The notes below the pieces were generated by a model. It saw nothing but the letters and a program-made list of their open reading frames with translations, did no database searches and was not told the origin of the DNA. The translations under genes and the position numbers were made by a program. Shown here piece after piece: positions 49,068 through 58,291 of a stretch of 64,000 nt of DNA (positions are counted from its first letter, which is position 1; each line of letters starts with the position of its first letter). Location of the stretch: NCBI GenBank assembly GCA_041649495.1, contig JBAZMZ010000001.1, positions 64,623 to 128,622 of the forward strand. The letters are read 5' to 3'. This DNA comes from Minisyncoccota bacterium (GTDB lineage Bacteria; Patescibacteriota; Minisyncoccia; Phycocordibacterales; XYD1-FULL-46-19).

Positions 49068-49625
49068 ATGGCTGAAGAGGAGAAAAAAGAGGCAAAAAGA
49101 CTGTTCATTGCTTTGCCGGTGGAGGGGTCTTTGGGTAACGACGCACTAGCTTGGCAGGCTGATCATGTGGGTTGGCCGGTTAATTGGCTGGCCGGTGACC
49201 ATCTCCATATTACGGTGGTCTCACCTTGGTTTGAGACGGATCTTGATAAGGTAATTAATAAATTAGACGAATTTGCTCAAACGGCGCGGAATACTTTTTT
49301 TATTGATTTTAATAAAGTGGTTTTTGGCCCTAATCGTCAAGCCCCTCGTTTGATTTGGGCTGAGGGCAATCCACCCCATTCTCTCCTCAAACTCAAGGAT
49401 GATTTGGAAGTGGCGCTTAATCGACCTGATCCGCGTTTTTATCGTCTCCATTTAACTCTGGCCCGTTTTAAGGCTGAGGATTTTGGTCCGAGTTTGCCCA
49501 ACTTATTTGACCGGGTTGATTGGGGTGGTGAGATCAAAAATTTCACTTTGCTCGAATCAGTGCTCAAACCAGATAGTGCTCCCGAATATCTCAAAATCAA
49601 AGACTTTTCTTTTGCTAATACTTAG
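49068..49625 (+). CDS. 2'-5' RNA ligase / 2H phosphoesterase family (LigT/ThpR-like)
   Basis: Two HxT/Sx motifs (HLHITVV and HLTLARF). Confidence 0.7.
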   Translation: MAEEEKKEAKRLFIALPVEGSLGNDALAWQADHVGWPVNWLAGDHLHITVVSPWFETDLDKVINKLDEFAQTARNTFFIDFNKVVFGPNRQAPRLIWAEGNPPHSLLKLKDDLEVALNRPDPRFYRLHLTLARFKAEDFGPSLPNLFDRVDWGGEIKNFTLLESVLKPDSAPEYLKIKDFSFANT

Positions 49626-49640
49626 AAGCAAAATACCGCG

Positions 49641-50318
49641 ATGTTATATTTAATTGGCACACCAATTGGCAATCTGGGTGATTTCTCGTCGAGGGGGATT
49701 GAGACGCTAAAAAAATGCTCGGTGATTCTGGTGGAAAAATGGACAGACTCAATTAAATTACTAAAGCATTTTGAAGTGGGCCAAAAAGAAATTCTCAATT
49801 TTGACGAACGAAACCAAAAGAAAATAACCCCCAAAATTTTAACTAAACTTGAAGGGGGAGAGGATATCGCTCTTATTACTTCGGCGGGGATGCCCGGCGT
49901 CTCGGACCCCGGGGCTTATCTGGCTTCGGCTTGTCACGAACAGGGGATAATGGTGGTGCCAGTGCCAGGGCCGTCGGCTCTCGTCACGGCGATTTCGGCC
50001 TCGGGGCTAACCGGCTCGTTTTGGTTTGTTGAATTTTTGCCTAAAACGCGAGGCAAAGTTGTTAAGTTATTTAAGCAAGCCGAAGAACTTGAAACTAATC
50101 TCGTCTGCTACGAATCAACTTATCGTTTAGAAAAAACTCTGCTTTTGCTTGACGAGCTTTATCCAACCGCGCAGATTTTTCTTGGTAAAGAGATGACTAA
50201 GAAATTTGAGCAATATTTGGTCGGCTCGGCTAAAAGTTTTTTGGGCAAAATTGAGGCCAACAAATACTTCAGCAAGGGCGAATTTACCTTGATTATCCAC
50301 TTTGGCAAAAAAGCTTAA
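49641..50318 (+). CDS. rsmI: 16S rRNA (cytidine1402-2'-O)-methyltransferase
   Basis: MLYLIGTPIGNLGDFS... tetrapyrrole-methylase-fold N-terminus typical of RsmI. Confidence 0.8.
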   Translation: MLYLIGTPIGNLGDFSSRGIETLKKCSVILVEKWTDSIKLLKHFEVGQKEILNFDERNQKKITPKILTKLEGGEDIALITSAGMPGVSDPGAYLASACHEQGIMVVPVPGPSALVTAISASGLTGSFWFVEFLPKTRGKVVKLFKQAEELETNLVCYESTYRLEKTLLLLDELYPTAQIFLGKEMTKKFEQYLVGSAKSFLGKIEANKYFSKGEFTLIIHFGKKA

Positions 50319-50339
50319 GTTTGCTAAGATAAAAATATT

Positions 50340-50756
50340 ATGAAAAAAGATATTTGGGCGCTAATTGTTATTGTTCTCGTTGTTATCGCGGGCGGAGTTT
50401 ATTATTGGGTTTCGCCTCGAGGGGCCACCAATGTTCCGGTTTCGACGGCCGAAACTTCTCCGGCTGAAATTCAGGTTCTACTTGAAAAATTAGGGCAACA
50501 TCTTGTTTTGCCAATGGGCGAAACGCCTGAGATTGGCCAAATTGATGATCCGGTGCAAGCCGTTAAGACCCAACCATTTTTGGCTGGCGTGCAAAAGGGA
50601 GATGTGCTGATTGTTTATGTTAAAGCGCAAAAGGCCATTGTCTATAGTCCCGCTCGCGACCTAATCATTAATGTTGGTCCGGTTTCGTTAGCTCCCGAAT
50701 CAACTTCTAATCAAGAAATGATCTCGGCTTCAAGTTCTGCTCCGGTCAAAAATTAA
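50340..50756 (+). CDS. Hypothetical membrane-anchored protein
   Basis: N-terminal TM segment; ORF only. Confidence 0.4.
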   Translation: MKKDIWALIVIVLVVIAGGVYYWVSPRGATNVPVSTAETSPAEIQVLLEKLGQHLVLPMGETPEIGQIDDPVQAVKTQPFLAGVQKGDVLIVYVKAQKAIVYSPARDLIINVGPVSLAPESTSNQEMISASSSAPVKN

Positions 50757-50792
50757 TTTGAGTCGCAGTTTTTTTCGTGCTAAAATGCTCCC

Positions 50793-51299
50793 ATGAATTG
50801 GCGTTATCTGTGGGTAATTTTAGTCCTAATCTTTCTTTTAGGGTTTCTTTTAACTATGTCCGAAATTTGGGGGCCAAGCCGTCGTTTTTTGGGCGCTATC
50901 CTCCCGGCCTTGGTGGTAGATTATGCTAACCTTGATCGAGCGGTAGAAAAAAAATTACCCCTTCAAACAAACGTTCTTTTGACTCAGGCCGCCCAACTTA
51001 AGGCTGAAGATATGGCGAAACGGTCGTATTTTTCTCACGAGGGGCCAGATGGGGAGGCACCTTGGATCTGGCTTGATCGGGTTGGCTATAAATATGTTTA
51101 TGCTGGTGAAAATTTAGCCCTGAATTTTTATGATTCTGGCCAAGTCAATCAAGCTTGGTTAAATTCGTTTCAACATCGCGCTAATATTATGAATAAAAAT
51201 TTTACCGAGATTGGGGTGGGTTCGGCCACGGGTCAATTTGAAGGCCGGAACAGCGTCTTTATTGTTCAATTTTTCGGTAGCACTAAAACATCTCAATGA
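50793..51299 (+). CDS. CAP/SCP/PR1-like extracellular domain protein
   Basis: HEGPDGE...YAGENLA...HRANIM...IGVG motifs of the CAP superfamily; N-terminal TM segment. Confidence 0.65.
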   Translation: MNWRYLWVILVLIFLLGFLLTMSEIWGPSRRFLGAILPALVVDYANLDRAVEKKLPLQTNVLLTQAAQLKAEDMAKRSYFSHEGPDGEAPWIWLDRVGYKYVYAGENLALNFYDSGQVNQAWLNSFQHRANIMNKNFTEIGVGSATGQFEGRNSVFIVQFFGSTKTSQ

Positions 51300-52183
51300 A
51301 TTGGCTTAAATTAGGTCGGCAAATTGGTCGCTGGGTGGTTTATTTTTTCGCTCTGGTGGGGTTAGTTTTGACCGTTGGTTTTGTCGCTCTGCGTTTGGGC
51401 TGGACCAATACAGCTGGGCAAGTGGACCAAAACGATCGTTATTTTAGTGGAGTGATTGATCAATTACGTTCGTCGAGCCAATCGAATTCGGCGCTAACAA
51501 TCTTTCAAGAGAGTTGTCGCCAATTTAATTCCACGACCTATCGTTGGCTCGCCACACCCGAGTGGGTGGTTTTAAAAGTGGCCTTGGTCAAAGATCGGGA
51601 GCCAATTTTGAAGGCTTCGGCCTTAGCGCAAGTTTCGCCCCGCCTTCTCGTCTCGATGTTGGTGGTGGAGCAATTGCGTCTTTATAATTCCGATCGTGAA
51701 GTTTATAAACAAGTTTTTGCGCCGTTGAAAATTTTGGGCGTGCAAAGTAAATTCTCGTGGGGGATTATGGGGCTGAAGGAGGAAACGGCCAAACAGATTG
51801 AAGCTAATTTAAAAGACTCAAGCTCGCCCTATTATCTAGGTCCCAATTACGAACATTTGCTCGATTTTACCACGACCGACCAGACGAGCGAACGATTTAA
51901 TCGACTGGTTGACCAGCATAATCATTATTACTCGTATCTTTATTCGGCGTTGGGCCTCAAGCAATTGATGGCGCAATGGCAACGAGCCGGTTATAATATT
52001 AATGACCGACCCGAAATTTTAGCCACCTTGTTTAATTTGGGTTTTGCCAAGTCGGTGCCCAAGGCCGAACCTCAAGTGGGCGGAGCGGAGATTGAGATTG
52101 GTGAGGCGAAGTATAGTTTCGGCGGTCTGGCTTTTGAATTTTATTATTCGAGCGAATTAATCGATATTTTCCCTTGGCAATAA
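51296..52183 (+). CDS. Hypothetical membrane-anchored protein
   Basis: N-terminal TM segment; 4-bp overlap with the upstream gene. Confidence 0.45.
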   Translation: MNWLKLGRQIGRWVVYFFALVGLVLTVGFVALRLGWTNTAGQVDQNDRYFSGVIDQLRSSSQSNSALTIFQESCRQFNSTTYRWLATPEWVVLKVALVKDREPILKASALAQVSPRLLVSMLVVEQLRLYNSDREVYKQVFAPLKILGVQSKFSWGIMGLKEETAKQIEANLKDSSSPYYLGPNYEHLLDFTTTDQTSERFNRLVDQHNHYYSYLYSALGLKQLMAQWQRAGYNINDRPEILATLFNLGFAKSVPKAEPQVGGAEIEIGEAKYSFGGLAFEFYYSSELIDIFPWQ

Positions 52184-52189
52184 AATAAC

Positions 52190-52696
52190 ATGACTTTAAC
52201 AGCACATGCGGTCGTGGGGGCGGGGATTTCTTCCGCTTTTGGTTTGATGCCCGGCGGGTCTTTTTTGGCTGGGTTTCTTAGTCACTTTCTTGTTGATCGC
52301 TTGCCTCATTGGGATTACGATTTAAAATCAGCGACTATTGATAAAGCCAATCCTCTTAATAACGATTTGCCGATCTGTCGTGAAGCGGTGGGGGACTTTG
52401 TGAAGATTGGCTTCGATTTTTTTCTTGGCCTTAGTCTCGCTCTAATCTTTTTTACTGGTCACGGCCAAACTTATTGGTTAAGTATTTTGCTCGGTGCTTT
52501 CGGTGGAATGTTGCCCGATGGCTTGCAATTTCTTTATCTCAAATTTCGACGTGAACCATTAACACTCTTTTTTCGCTTCCACGCTTTTATGCATACCAAG
52601 ACTGAAATCAAGGATACTTTTTGGGGGCTCTTTTTGACTGGGCTGGTTTTGGCCTTGGCTCTTGGACTGGGTAATTGGTCGTTTTTTATTTGGTAA
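52190..52696 (+). CDS. Polytopic membrane protein (possibly a DUF457/YdjM-like metal-dependent hydrolase)
   Basis: Four or five TM segments with conserved His/Asp residues (LPHWDYD); weak assignment. Confidence 0.4.
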   Translation: MTLTAHAVVGAGISSAFGLMPGGSFLAGFLSHFLVDRLPHWDYDLKSATIDKANPLNNDLPICREAVGDFVKIGFDFFLGLSLALIFFTGHGQTYWLSILLGAFGGMLPDGLQFLYLKFRREPLTLFFRFHAFMHTKTEIKDTFWGLFLTGLVLALALGLGNWSFFIW

Positions 52697-53258
52697 GTAG
52701 ACTGTCGATTTTGCCGACGAGACCAGTGGCGTCGCCTTCAATACCGGTCGCTTCACCTTCTAGGCCGGTCACTTCGCCGGAGAGATTGGTGACGTTACCT
52801 CGTAAGCGCGAGATATCGCCTTGCAAATTAGTGACATTGCCGGAAATATTAGTGACATCGCCTTGGAGGCCAGAGACATCGCCAATCAGGTCGCTAACAT
52901 TACCGCTGATTTTTGTGACATCACCTCGGATATTGGTCACGTCACCTCTTAGGTTAGAAATATCGCCATAAAGACCAGAACTATCTCCGCTCACATTGCT
53001 CACGTCGCCGGTTAGGTGGGTGACATTGCCCCAAATATTCGAGACATCGCCCTGAAGAGCGCTCACCGTGCCAAAAATTCCGTTAATATTTCCGCTAATT
53101 TTACTCGGATTGCCGGTAATTTGGTGGAGGGTCACATCACCGTAAATTTTCGAGACATCACCCCGCAAATTGGCAAAATCGCCCCAAATGGCGTCGTGAA
53201 TATTCTCGACATTATCTGTATTTTTTCTAATTTTTGGATTAATTCTTTGTAAAGTCAT
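52686..53258 (-). CDS. Heptapeptide-repeat protein: about 22 tandem copies of x-G-[DN]-[VI]-[ST]-x-[IL]; no signal peptide
   Basis: The DNA shows a degenerate 21-bp tandem periodicity; the minus-strand ORF spans the whole repeat tract with an ATG start, while the plus-frame ORF (52675-52971) is its shadow. Confidence 0.6.
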   Translation of the reverse strand: MTLQRINPKIRKNTDNVENIHDAIWGDFANLRGDVSKIYGDVTLHQITGNPSKISGNINGIFGTVSALQGDVSNIWGNVTHLTGDVSNVSGDSSGLYGDISNLRGDVTNIRGDVTKISGNVSDLIGDVSGLQGDVTNISGNVTNLQGDISRLRGNVTNLSGEVTGLEGEATGIEGDATGLVGKIDSLLTK

Positions 53259-53335
53259 ATTGATTTATAAAAAGATTATAATTTTTATTGCTCCCCATCT
53301 CTACATACTATATACTAATTTCTACATACTAGCCA

Positions 53336-54124
53336 ATGACTATTATAGCATCAATTGTCTTGGGAATAATAGAGGGGGTGACGGAGTTTCTCCCGGTCTC
53401 ATCGACAGGTCACTTAATTTTGATGGCCGAAATCTTGAAATTACCAACGACCGAGTTTCTGAAGAGCTTTGAGGTGGTCATCCAATTGGGGGCCATTGGA
53501 GCGGTGATGGTTTTGTATTGGCGAAAACTTTTACTCAATCGAGCGGTACTGAAACGGGTCATTGTGGCTTTTTTGCCGACGGCTTTAATCGGCTTAGTTT
53601 GTTATAAATTCATCAAGACTTATTTATTGGGGGATAGTCGAGTGGTCTTAGTGGCCTTGTTTGTCGGTGGTCTCATTTTGGTTTTGTTTGAATTTTGGCA
53701 ATCGCGTCGGTCACTTGGAGGCTTAACCTCCAAGCTGGAGAATTTGGCCGAGATGCCCTATTGGCAGGCGGTAGTTTTGGGTCTTTGCCAATCGGTGGCG
53801 ATGATCCCCGGGGTGTCGCGTTCGGCAGCGACCATTGTCGGGGGGTTAGCTTTGGGACTGAAACGCGAGATGATTGTCGAATTTTCTTTTTTGCTGGCGG
53901 TCCCGACGATGGTGGCGGCGACCGGTTTGGACTTGGTCAAAAGTTCGGTTGGTTTTTCGTTGAACGAATGGGGGCTATTGCTCGTCGGTCTGATGGTGGC
54001 CTTTTTGTCGGCCTTGCTCGCGATCAAATCATTCTTAAATTATATTCGTCATCACGACTTTATCGCCTTCGGTCTCTATCGAATAATCATTGCGCTCGCC
54101 TTTGCCTCAATCTTTTTCATTTGA
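53336..54124 (+). CDS. uppP: Undecaprenyl-diphosphatase
   Basis: EGVTEFLPVSSTGHL signature and PGVSRSAATI motif; eight TM segments. Confidence 0.9.
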   Translation: MTIIASIVLGIIEGVTEFLPVSSTGHLILMAEILKLPTTEFLKSFEVVIQLGAIGAVMVLYWRKLLLNRAVLKRVIVAFLPTALIGLVCYKFIKTYLLGDSRVVLVALFVGGLILVLFEFWQSRRSLGGLTSKLENLAEMPYWQAVVLGLCQSVAMIPGVSRSAATIVGGLALGLKREMIVEFSFLLAVPTMVAATGLDLVKSSVGFSLNEWGLLLVGLMVAFLSALLAIKSFLNYIRHHDFIAFGLYRIIIALAFASIFFI

Positions 54125-54165
54125 CGCTATTTTAAAAAAGAAAAAAGTGTTATTATTTTTATGAT

Positions 54166-54816
54166 ATGGCCAAATTGATTTTATTAAGACATTTGCAGTC
54201 ACAGTGGAACAAAGAAAATAAATTTAGCGGTTGGACGGACGTGCCTCTTTCTGAAGAGGGGATGGCGACCGCCGGCGAAAAAGCGCAAAAATTGGCCGAT
54301 GTAAAAATCGACGAAGTTTTCACCTCGCCTTTATCGCGCAACAAAAATACGGTTTTTCTGGTTTTGGCAGATTTGGGTCAGAAAGCGATTTTTTTGGAAC
54401 CAGGCGAGAAAGCTGATTTGGCGACTAATTCTTTCCCCGTTTATGTCACCGATACTTTGAACGAACGCAGTTATGGTTTGCTGGAAGGGATGAATAAAGG
54501 GGAAGTGAAAGAAAAATTTGGCGAAGAACGAACTTATGCTTGGCGACGCAGTTGGGATGTGGCGCCACCCGAAGGCGAGAGTTTGAAAGAGGTTTGCACA
54601 CGCGCCATTCCTTTTTATCAAAATTTTGTCGAACCCCAATTAAGAGCGGGAAAGACAGTGCTAATTGTAGCGAGCCATAATAGCCTGCGCGCGTTAATCA
54701 AATATATCGAAGATATCTCCAATGACGACATCATCAATCTCGAAATTCCCTTCGGCGGGATGGTGGTCTACGACCTCGACGAAAATCTGAAGGTCAAAAC
54801 GAAAGAAATTAGATAA
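54166..54816 (+). CDS. Histidine-phosphatase family protein (phosphoglycerate mutase-like)
   Basis: LLRHLQSQWN (RHG-type motif with Gly replaced by Leu) and the downstream phosphohistidine-fold pattern. Confidence 0.7.
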   Translation: MAKLILLRHLQSQWNKENKFSGWTDVPLSEEGMATAGEKAQKLADVKIDEVFTSPLSRNKNTVFLVLADLGQKAIFLEPGEKADLATNSFPVYVTDTLNERSYGLLEGMNKGEVKEKFGEERTYAWRRSWDVAPPEGESLKEVCTRAIPFYQNFVEPQLRAGKTVLIVASHNSLRALIKYIEDISNDDIINLEIPFGGMVVYDLDENLKVKTKEIR

Positions 54817-54845
54817 AAGGGCTCATTACCACGGCCTACGTTTTA

Positions 54846-54874
54846 TTGACAAATAGACGGCTTTTTGCTATACT
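54846..54874 (+). promoter_or_regulatory. Sigma70 promoter TTGACA-17-TATACT
   Basis: Perfect -35 and a good -10, about 75 bp upstream of the ATG at 54952. Confidence 0.5.
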
Positions 54875-54951
54875 AATAGATAGAGTGTAAGGGCGGTGTT
54901 CGCCCGTTGAGAGTTCGAAACTATGGCCATTGTGGCCGGAGGAAAACGGAA

Positions 54952-55443
54952 ATGAGCAAGAAGGAAAAGTTGGTTGTCCTGTTGATCTTTATGACGTTTA
55001 CTCTTAGTTTGTGGCAGTTGTCTTCTCCTCTGCGTAGCGATCTGGGAGAGGATTTAGTGGCAGAGGACGAAGTTGCCATCCTCACGGGTTTGGCCAGTCT
55101 TCATATCGAGACCCGAGATCTGGGCTGGTTGCCAGTAGTTTGGATGGAAGGGGTAGATGATGCCAGCGGGTTGTCTATGGTTATCATTTCTCTCGACCCC
55201 AACCATCCCAAGGAAATGGGGACGTGGCGACCGGTAATCCTGAGAACGGGAGGGTTCAATCCGGACAGGCGATCTTACCCGCAAATCGCGGGAGGTGCGT
55301 CGGGCATCTTCGCCCACGTCTATTCCAGTGAGACGAAGATTGAGCAAGCGCCGTTCATGATCGTCTTCTATGTTGGCGAAGGGGAGCTTCTTGGTGGAGT
55401 GGCCTACTCGGCGTACCTGGCTGAAAAAGAGGGGAAACCGTAA
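54952..55443 (+). CDS. Hypothetical 163-aa protein with signal/TM N-terminus; compositionally atypical (GC-rich codons)
   Basis: GGAGG SD 9 nt upstream; own promoter and terminator; codon usage differs from neighbours. Confidence 0.55.
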   Translation: MSKKEKLVVLLIFMTFTLSLWQLSSPLRSDLGEDLVAEDEVAILTGLASLHIETRDLGWLPVVWMEGVDDASGLSMVIISLDPNHPKEMGTWRPVILRTGGFNPDRRSYPQIAGGASGIFAHVYSSETKIEQAPFMIVFYVGEGELLGGVAYSAYLAEKEGKP

Positions 55444-55456
55444 CCCCCCCCGAAAC

Positions 55457-55495
55457 AGCCCTACTGCGAGGCCTTGCCTCCGGTAGGGCTTTCGC
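55457..55495. terminator. Hairpin AGCCCTAC...GTAGGGCT with T-rich tail, between the 54952 ORF and eno (convergent)
   Basis: 8-bp stem with a nested inner stem; T/A runs on both sides. Confidence 0.5.
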
Positions 55496-55558
55496 ATTTA
55501 TAAAAAAACCCTTACTCCTTCGCTAAAACTATATTTATCGAAGTTCGACTTCAATACC

Positions 55559-56878
55559 CTACAAAACTGGGGATCTTGTCGAAAGTTTGGTTTCGATTGC
55601 GAGTAGGCGATTATATTTGGCGAGGCGTTCGGGGCGGGAGGGGGCGCCGGATTTAAGAAAATCAGCGGAAACGGCGACAGCGAGGTCAGCAATGGTGGTG
55701 TCGAGGGTTTCGCCCGAGCGGTGGGACACAATTATTTTGTAGTTCACCGATTGCGCCAATTTGATGACGGCCAGGGTTTCGCTCAAGGTGCCAATCTGAT
55801 TGGGTTTGATGATAATGGCGTTAGCCACTTTTTTATCAATACCCTCATGCAAGCGCGCGAGATTGGTCACAAACAAATCATCGCCGACTAAATTAATCTT
55901 ATTGCCTAAGCGAGCGGTTAATTCTTGCCAGCCCGTCCAGTCATCTTCGCCCAAGCCATCTTCAATTGAGATGATGGGATATTTTTTAATTAATTCTTCA
56001 TAGCTATTTATTAATTCGGCGCTAGTTAAGGTCTGGAGGATGGTTGGCCCCACGGGCAGACCTTTAGGAAAAACATAATTACCTGTCTGCACTGACCGGT
56101 CGTTAGTTTTCAATTCGTTGGCCGCTACGTCAAGCGCGAGGGCCACTTGTTCACCCGGTTTGTAGCCAGCTTGTTCGATGGCTTCAACGAGTAGGTCTAG
56201 GGCCTCGGTGTTGCTCGAGAGGGTGGGCGCAAAACCGCCTTCGTCGCCTAGCTCGAGGCTTAAGTTTTTGGCTTCAAGAATTTTTTTCAATGCTTGATAA
56301 ATGTCTTGGCCCCAAGTTAAGGCTTCGCGAAAACTGGAGGTCCCAATTGGCACAATCATAAATTCTTGAATATCGGTGGAATTTGAGGCGTGCCGGCCAC
56401 CGTTGAGGATGTTGAACATAGGGAGGGGAAAGGCGGTGCGAAGTCCGACTTCGGGCTCACTTGAAGTCGGACTTCCCACCGTCGAGGAGGACTCACCTCG
56501 AACACTATTAATAATTATCTCAAAAAGTTCTTGGTTCTGGCTTAAAGCCAAGGCGTGAGCGAAGGCGAGCGAAACACCGAGAGTGGCGTTGGCCCCCAAA
56601 TGATTTTTGTTGGGTGTACCATCAAGGGCAATTAATTCGACATCGAGCGATTCTTGGTCGAAATCGTGACCAATTAATTTTTGAGAGATTTCACCCTTGA
56701 CCTTGGTGACGGCTTGGCTGGCGGGTAAAGCGACAGCTTCATGTTGGCCAGTTGAGGCACCAGCGGGCACGGCGGCTTGGCCGACAAATTGATTGTTTAA
56801 TTCCAACTCGACTTCTAGCGTAGGGTTCCCTCGCGAATCAGAAATTTCTCGCGCCTCAAGTTTGGTAATTTTTGCCAT
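55559..56878 (-). CDS. eno: Enolase (phosphopyruvate hydratase)
   Basis: N-terminal EISDSRGNPTLEVEL, SHRSGETLDTTIADLAVA, and IIKPNQIGTLSETL motifs. Confidence 0.95.
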   Translation of the reverse strand: MAKITKLEAREISDSRGNPTLEVELELNNQFVGQAAVPAGASTGQHEAVALPASQAVTKVKGEISQKLIGHDFDQESLDVELIALDGTPNKNHLGANATLGVSLAFAHALALSQNQELFEIIINSVRGESSSTVGSPTSSEPEVGLRTAFPLPMFNILNGGRHASNSTDIQEFMIVPIGTSSFREALTWGQDIYQALKKILEAKNLSLELGDEGGFAPTLSSNTEALDLLVEAIEQAGYKPGEQVALALDVAANELKTNDRSVQTGNYVFPKGLPVGPTILQTLTSAELINSYEELIKKYPIISIEDGLGEDDWTGWQELTARLGNKINLVGDDLFVTNLARLHEGIDKKVANAIIIKPNQIGTLSETLAVIKLAQSVNYKIIVSHRSGETLDTTIADLAVAVSADFLKSGAPSRPERLAKYNRLLAIETKLSTRSPVL

Positions 56879-56959
56879 GGCCTTATTTTAACTTTTTAGA
56901 GTGAGCTTGTCGAACCAATTTGCTTGGCGAGAACAAATCGATTATAATGGGGTTTATCC

Positions 56960-57823
56960 ATGCCGAATCTTGTCTCTTGGCTGACAATTAGAGAAGTTTT
57001 TGACCTCCTGCTCGTCGCGGGGGGGATTTATTTTATCCTCTTTTTTATCAAACAATCGCGATCCTATGTGCTGGCTTACGCGGTGGGCTTTTTCACGGCG
57101 ATTATTTTTATCGTCTGGGTTTTTGATTTGAGTTTAGCCAGGCAATTACTTCAAATTTTTGGCACCCTTTTCTTGTTTGTGTTTGTGGTCGTCTTTCAGC
57201 GCGAGCTTCGACAATTTTTTGATTGGGTTTTTATTTCGACTCGACGACTGACCTCCCCTCGAGCCCCTGCTTTGTCGGCTCAAGCCTCTTTTTCCTTAGT
57301 TAAAGCGATTCAAGAAATGGCTCAGAAAAAGATTGGGGCACTTTTGATTTTGCCGGGTGAGTTGCCATTGGAGGGAGTGGTCGAGGGCGGTTTTAATTTG
57401 GACGGCCGAATTTCTCTTCCTCTTTTACTCTCGATTTTTGATGTGACGAGTCCGGGCCATGATGGGGCAATTATTATTGATAATAATCGGGTGAGAAAAT
57501 TTGGGGTTCATTTGCCGTTGGCCGAAAATTATTCGGGTCTTAATCGAACGGGGACGCGCCATCGAGCGGGAGTGGGGGTGACGGAAAAATCTGACGCCTT
57601 GGCAATTATTGTCTCGCAAGAACGGGGCGAAATTTCGGTTGCCGAGCATGGCCAATTAGAAAAAATTGATGAACCCCATCTGCTGGAGGAACGAATTAGC
57701 CAATTTGTAAACAAGGCGCAGGAACAAAATTCACCCAATTTTTGGCAGGTTCTATTGTTGCGCAATTGGCGACTCGAAGTTCTGGCCCTGATTTTGGCAA
57801 TTATTTTGCGCTTGGTTGTTTGA
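56960..57823 (+). CDS. cdaA: Diadenylate cyclase (c-di-AMP synthase), membrane-anchored
   Basis: Three N-terminal TM segments; DAC domain GALLIL, DGAIII, and GTRHRAGVG motifs. Confidence 0.85.
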   Translation: MPNLVSWLTIREVFDLLLVAGGIYFILFFIKQSRSYVLAYAVGFFTAIIFIVWVFDLSLARQLLQIFGTLFLFVFVVVFQRELRQFFDWVFISTRRLTSPRAPALSAQASFSLVKAIQEMAQKKIGALLILPGELPLEGVVEGGFNLDGRISLPLLLSIFDVTSPGHDGAIIIDNNRVRKFGVHLPLAENYSGLNRTGTRHRAGVGVTEKSDALAIIVSQERGEISVAEHGQLEKIDEPHLLEERISQFVNKAQEQNSPNFWQVLLLRNWRLEVLALILAIILRLVV

Positions 57824-57928
57824 TGGGGGGTGAACCAATTGGGTTACTTCGCTCGTATGATATAATAAGTTTAGTCGAACTCTCATTATTAGTTGATTAT
57901 TAGATTAATTAATCAAAATAAAATCAAT

Positions 57929-58291
57929 ATGAGAACAAATATTAAAGCGACCGGGATTGAGTTAACGCCAGCTCTGACCGATTATGTTAATGAGAAGTTG
58001 GGGATGCTCGACAGATTGTTAGTTAATTGCGGTGATGTTTTGGCGGAGGTAGAGATTGGCAAAGAAACAAATCATCACAAAACTGGCAATTGGTTTTTTG
58101 CCGAGACTAATTTAAATTGTGACGGTAAATTACTTCGCAATGTGACCGAAAAAAATGATCTTTATGCCGCCATTGATGTCATGAAAGATGCCTTGGCTGA
58201 AGAAATTCGCTCTTACGAGAAACGCAAGCAATCACTCTTTCGTCGAGGAGCGCGCAATATCAAAAGAATTTTCTTTAAAGGGGGAGCCTAA
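57929..58291 (+). CDS. hpf: Ribosome hibernation promoting factor / RaiA (YfiA family, short form)
   Basis: MRTNIKATGIELTPALTDYVNEKL... matches the sigma-54 modulation protein fold. Confidence 0.75.
   Translation: MRTNIKATGIELTPALTDYVNEKLGMLDRLLVNCGDVLAEVEIGKETNHHKTGNWFFAETNLNCDGKLLRNVTEKNDLYAAIDVMKDALAEEIRSYEKRKQSLFRRGARNIKRIFFKGGA

Noticed and set aside
52675-52971. Plus-strand 98-aa ORF (VTSP-repeat protein)
   Set aside because: It is the antisense shadow of the heptapeptide-repeat gene. It starts inside the upstream membrane-protein gene and terminates mid-repeat, whereas the minus-strand frame covers the entire repeat tract.
52720-53230. Tandem roughly 21-bp direct repeats that could be mistaken for a CRISPR array or satellite
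   Set aside because: Repeats are contiguous with no spacers, strongly degenerate, and read through as one continuous ORF of heptapeptide repeats. This is coding repeat DNA, not CRISPR.
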